A DNA stretch of 61,803 nt, taken from the NCBI GenBank assembly GCA_902489335.1, contig CABTZO010000001.1, positions 1 through 61,803 on the forward strand, read 5' to 3'. Position numbers and translations under genes: made by a program. Within the stretch, counting starts at the first letter, position 1; the number at the start of each line of letters is the position of its first letter. Source of the stretch: an uncultured Oscillospiraceae bacterium. GTDB taxonomy: Bacteria; Bacillota; Clostridia; Oscillospirales; Acutalibacteraceae. The notes beneath the pieces are model-generated. The model ran no database searches. It was not told the DNA's origin and worked only from the letters and a program-made list of their open reading frames with translations. Of the stretch, positions 57,582 through 61,803 are shown piece after piece.

Positions 57582-59042
57582 ATGAATAATAATCTTCATG
57601 ATATTATTATCGTAGGCAGTGGCGCTGCAGGTTTGTTCGCCGCACTTAATTTTAACGAAAATCAAAAAGTTTTGATTTTGACAAAAGACAAAAAGGATAT
57701 ATCTAACAGTTCTTTAGCACAGGGTGGAATAGCCTGTGTTTTGTCTTTTGAAAATGACAGCTACGAACTGCATATTGAAGATACAATGATAGCAGGTCGC
57801 AGAGAAAACAATTTAGAAGCGGTTACCACTCTGGTTCATGAGGGTCCGGATCAAGTTCGTAAACTCATGTCTCTCGGATTTAATTACGATAAAAATCCCG
57901 ACGGAACTCCAAAAAAGACTCTTGAGGGAGGACATTCCAGACACAGAATCATTCACTGCAAAGATTATACAGGTAAAGAGGTTGTCAGAACCTTGCTTGA
58001 AGCTGTATCAAAAAGAAAAAATATAACAATAAAAGAAAATACCGCTGTTGTAGATATGACTAAACTTCCCGGTGGATTTGCATTAGATACGGTTGACGAA
58101 AACAATAATCATCAAACTCTTTTCGCTCGGTATTGTCTACTCGCAACCGGCGGTCTGGGCAGATCATACAAATACACAACCAATCCTGTTGTAGCCACAG
58201 GAGACGGAATCCGTTTAGCTCATGATCTCGGTGCCATAATAAAGCACTTAAGTTATGTTCAATTTCATCCGACTGCATTTAACGACAAAAAGAGTAACGA
58301 ACAATTTTTAATTTCCGAAGCAGTCAGAGGCGAGGGTGCATATCTTCTGAATTATAAACACGAAAGATTTATGGATAAATACGACGATCGCCTTGAGCTT
58401 GCGCCTCGTGATGTTGTTTCCAAATCCATAGTATTGGAAAGCAGAAGAACGGGCAGCAACGATTTCTTTCTTGATATTCGATACAAGGGAAAAGAGTTTT
58501 TAGATAAAAGATTCCCCGGCATCACCGATGGTTGCGCTGAATACGGTGTTGATATCGCAAAAGATCTTATCCCTATTTTCCCTTGCCAACACTATCTCAT
58601 GGGTGGAATAGATGTTGATTTGGACGGTCAAACAACAATGAACCGACTATTTGCAGCCGGTGAATGTTCACATACGGGAGTCCATGGAAAAAATCGACTT
58701 GCAAGCAATTCACTCTTAGAAGCGCTTGTCTTCGGAGCGAGAGCCGCAAAAAAAATAACCTCGCTTTTAGCCGAAGATAAATCTGAATTTATAATTCCTG
58801 AAACTAAGAAGACTTTAAGCGGAGCGCCCGTCGAAAAAGGCATAAGAACCGAAATTCAAAATATTCTTCAAAAATCCTGTTTTGTAATTCCCGATGAAGC
58901 GCAAATAAGAAAAAATTTACCCCGGGTTGAAGAAATTACAAAGCGACTTAAACTGCAAAGTTATGCTCGCACAAAAGAACACAGCGAGGCTCTAAGCATT
59001 TCAACTATGGCAAGTTTGATCTTGAATGATATTGATGTTTAA
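57582..59042 (+). CDS. nadB: L-aspartate oxidase
   Basis: FAD motif VGSGAAGL plus AQGGIA and GLFAAGE-like NRLFAAGECSHTGVHGKNRLASNSLLE. Confidence 0.93.
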   Translation: MNNNLHDIIIVGSGAAGLFAALNFNENQKVLILTKDKKDISNSSLAQGGIACVLSFENDSYELHIEDTMIAGRRENNLEAVTTLVHEGPDQVRKLMSLGFNYDKNPDGTPKKTLEGGHSRHRIIHCKDYTGKEVVRTLLEAVSKRKNITIKENTAVVDMTKLPGGFALDTVDENNNHQTLFARYCLLATGGLGRSYKYTTNPVVATGDGIRLAHDLGAIIKHLSYVQFHPTAFNDKKSNEQFLISEAVRGEGAYLLNYKHERFMDKYDDRLELAPRDVVSKSIVLESRRTGSNDFFLDIRYKGKEFLDKRFPGITDGCAEYGVDIAKDLIPIFPCQHYLMGGIDVDLDGQTTMNRLFAAGECSHTGVHGKNRLASNSLLEALVFGARAAKKITSLLAEDKSEFIIPETKKTLSGAPVEKGIRTEIQNILQKSCFVIPDEAQIRKNLPRVEEITKRLKLQSYARTKEHSEALSISTMASLILNDIDV

Positions 59043-59053
59043 GGAGAAAATCA

Positions 59054-59890
59054 ATGCTTAATCCAATAAATATTGACAATTTAATAAAAGCCGCTCTTGT
59101 TGAAGACAATAATTATTATGATGTTGCATCAGCAACTCTTTTGAACAAAGACCAAGAGAGCAAGGCTTATTTTGAAGCTAAGGCTGACGGTATTTTGTCG
59201 GGAATAGATATTGCTTTGAGAGTGTTTGAGATTTTAGACCCTTCTTTTACATATAAAACAAAGTTCCAAGACAGAGATAAAATAAAAAAAGGCGATATTA
59301 TCGCAGAGTTTAAGGGTAATACAATTTTACTTCTTCAAGGAGAACGGGTTGCTTTGAATATTCTTTGCCATATGTCCGGCGTTGCAACAGCCACCAACAA
59401 ACTGGTCGAACTTTGCAAAGGCAAAGATGTCTCTGTTGCAGACACCAGAAAAACTCTTCCCGGTCTTAGGAGTCTTGAAAAATATGCCGTTGTATGCGGT
59501 GGCGGAAAAAATCACAGATATAATCTTTCAGATTGTGCAATGCTTAAAGATAATCATATAGACGCCGCCGGAGGAATTAAAAAAGCAGTATCAAAAGTTA
59601 GAGAACAACTTGGTCACACGATTAAAATAGAAGTTGAAACCCGCAATTTAGATGAAGTTCAAGAAGCGATTGACGCAAAAGCAGATATAATAATGCTTGA
59701 CAATATGACTTTAGATCAAATGGCGCAAGCTGTGCAATTAATAAATAAAAGTGCAATTGTTGAAGCTTCAGGCAATGTAACAGAAGAAACGATTGTTGAT
59801 ATTGCAAAAACCGGCGTCGATTTAATTTCTTCCGGTGCAATTACACATTCGGTTAAAGCCTTTGATATTTCAATGAAATTCGAAAAATAA
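59054..59890 (+). CDS. nadC: Nicotinate-nucleotide pyrophosphorylase (carboxylating)
   Basis: Motifs TRKT.PGLR, KNHR, MLDN and SSGAITHS are present. Confidence 0.93.
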   Translation: MLNPINIDNLIKAALVEDNNYYDVASATLLNKDQESKAYFEAKADGILSGIDIALRVFEILDPSFTYKTKFQDRDKIKKGDIIAEFKGNTILLLQGERVALNILCHMSGVATATNKLVELCKGKDVSVADTRKTLPGLRSLEKYAVVCGGGKNHRYNLSDCAMLKDNHIDAAGGIKKAVSKVREQLGHTIKIEVETRNLDEVQEAIDAKADIIMLDNMTLDQMAQAVQLINKSAIVEASGNVTEETIVDIAKTGVDLISSGAITHSVKAFDISMKFEK

Positions 59891-59900
59891 AATAATAATA

Positions 59901-59934
59901 AAACCGATAAGATAAAATCTTATCGGTTTTTCTT

Positions 59935-59936
<2 letters not shown>
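59901..59936. terminator. Bidirectional intrinsic terminator
   Basis: aaaccgataag-ataaaat-cttatcggttt flanked by an A-run and a T-run, between nadC and guaB. Confidence 0.8.
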
Positions 59937-61398
<1,462 letters not shown>

Positions 61399-61413
61399 TT
61401 ATATATTATAAAT

Positions 61414-61803
61414 TTAATTTTCCAACTTATTTATTATGCGCAACATAATCTGTGAATATTCTTCTTCGTGATTTACCGCAAATCCCAGGTGTCCTACGTT
61501 TTCATAGACTTTAATCTTTGCAAGCGGCAACCTCTTTTTTATTACTGGTATCGAAACCTTATATGAAGCCTCTAATGCTCCAAAGAGAAAAGTCAGACTT
61601 TCGCCTTTGTCGTCCGGCAACGTTTGCGGGAGTTTGTAAGTAAAATATTCTCCTATCATCTTTTTTATATCTTTCTGAGTTATATCTTTAGAAGATTCCA
61701 ACGCAATGTTAAAAAATCTACCAAAGCGAAAGCCAAATTTTTCCGGAACTTCTATATCGGGAAAAGCATTGAATATTTTTCCGGCAAGAATAAAATTCCT
61801 ACG
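61414..61803 (-). CDS. Alpha/beta-hydrolase-like protein, C-terminal part only (5' end beyond window)
   Basis: The frame stays open to nt 61803, so the TTG at 61701 is probably internal. The C-terminal ENVGHLGF looks like the catalytic His region of the fold. Confidence 0.45.
   Translation of the reverse strand, partial: RRNFILAGKIFNAFPDIEVPEKFGFRFGRFFNIALESSKDITQKDIKKMIGEYFTYKLPQTLPDDKGESLTFLFGALEASYKVSIPVIKKRLPLAKIKVYENVGHLGFAVNHEEEYSQIMLRIINKLEN

Overview
AT-rich, low-GC Firmicutes (Clostridia-like) chromosomal region, densely packed with core genes. I found no transposase, integrase, phage gene, CRISPR array or recognisable defence gene. Recognisable blocks are: (i) a 10-gene, ~11.4 kb minus-strand operon (1362-12734) preceded by a sigma-A promoter and a complete T-box leader (12745-13025); (ii) gdhA; (iii) a GtrA/ABC transporter cluster; (iv) rlmB, two odd membrane proteins, then glmU-pth-mfd; (v) a complete argGHCJBDF operon with tandem ARG boxes; (vi) ssrA-smpB, recR-ybaB-dnaX-ffs and secA; (vii) an orphan EF-G paralogue; (viii) a tightly coupled prfA / sua5-coaE / M18 aminopeptidase / small Zn-ribbon / hisS / aspS operon; (ix) nadABC; (x) guaB. 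The most interesting item is the T-box operon. By eye its specifier is AUC (Ile). It encodes two AMP-forming acyl-CoA synthetases, each fused to an unusual N-terminal module. It also encodes a four-subunit 2-oxoacid:ferredoxin oxidoreductase, IlvE, an omega-amidase-like C-N hydrolase, a P-loop NTPase, and a catalytically dead LeuA/CimA homologue that keeps its allosteric domain. I interpret this as a tRNA-sensed gene set for making isoleucine/BCAA by reductive carboxylation of branched short-chain acids. That part is inference. Other notable items are a degenerate P-type-ATPase-like protein with a ~400 aa acidic N-terminus, a Sua5-CoaE fusion, a short SRP RNA and a divergent EIIC-like membrane protein. 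All calls come from reading the sequence and the translations; no database search was run.
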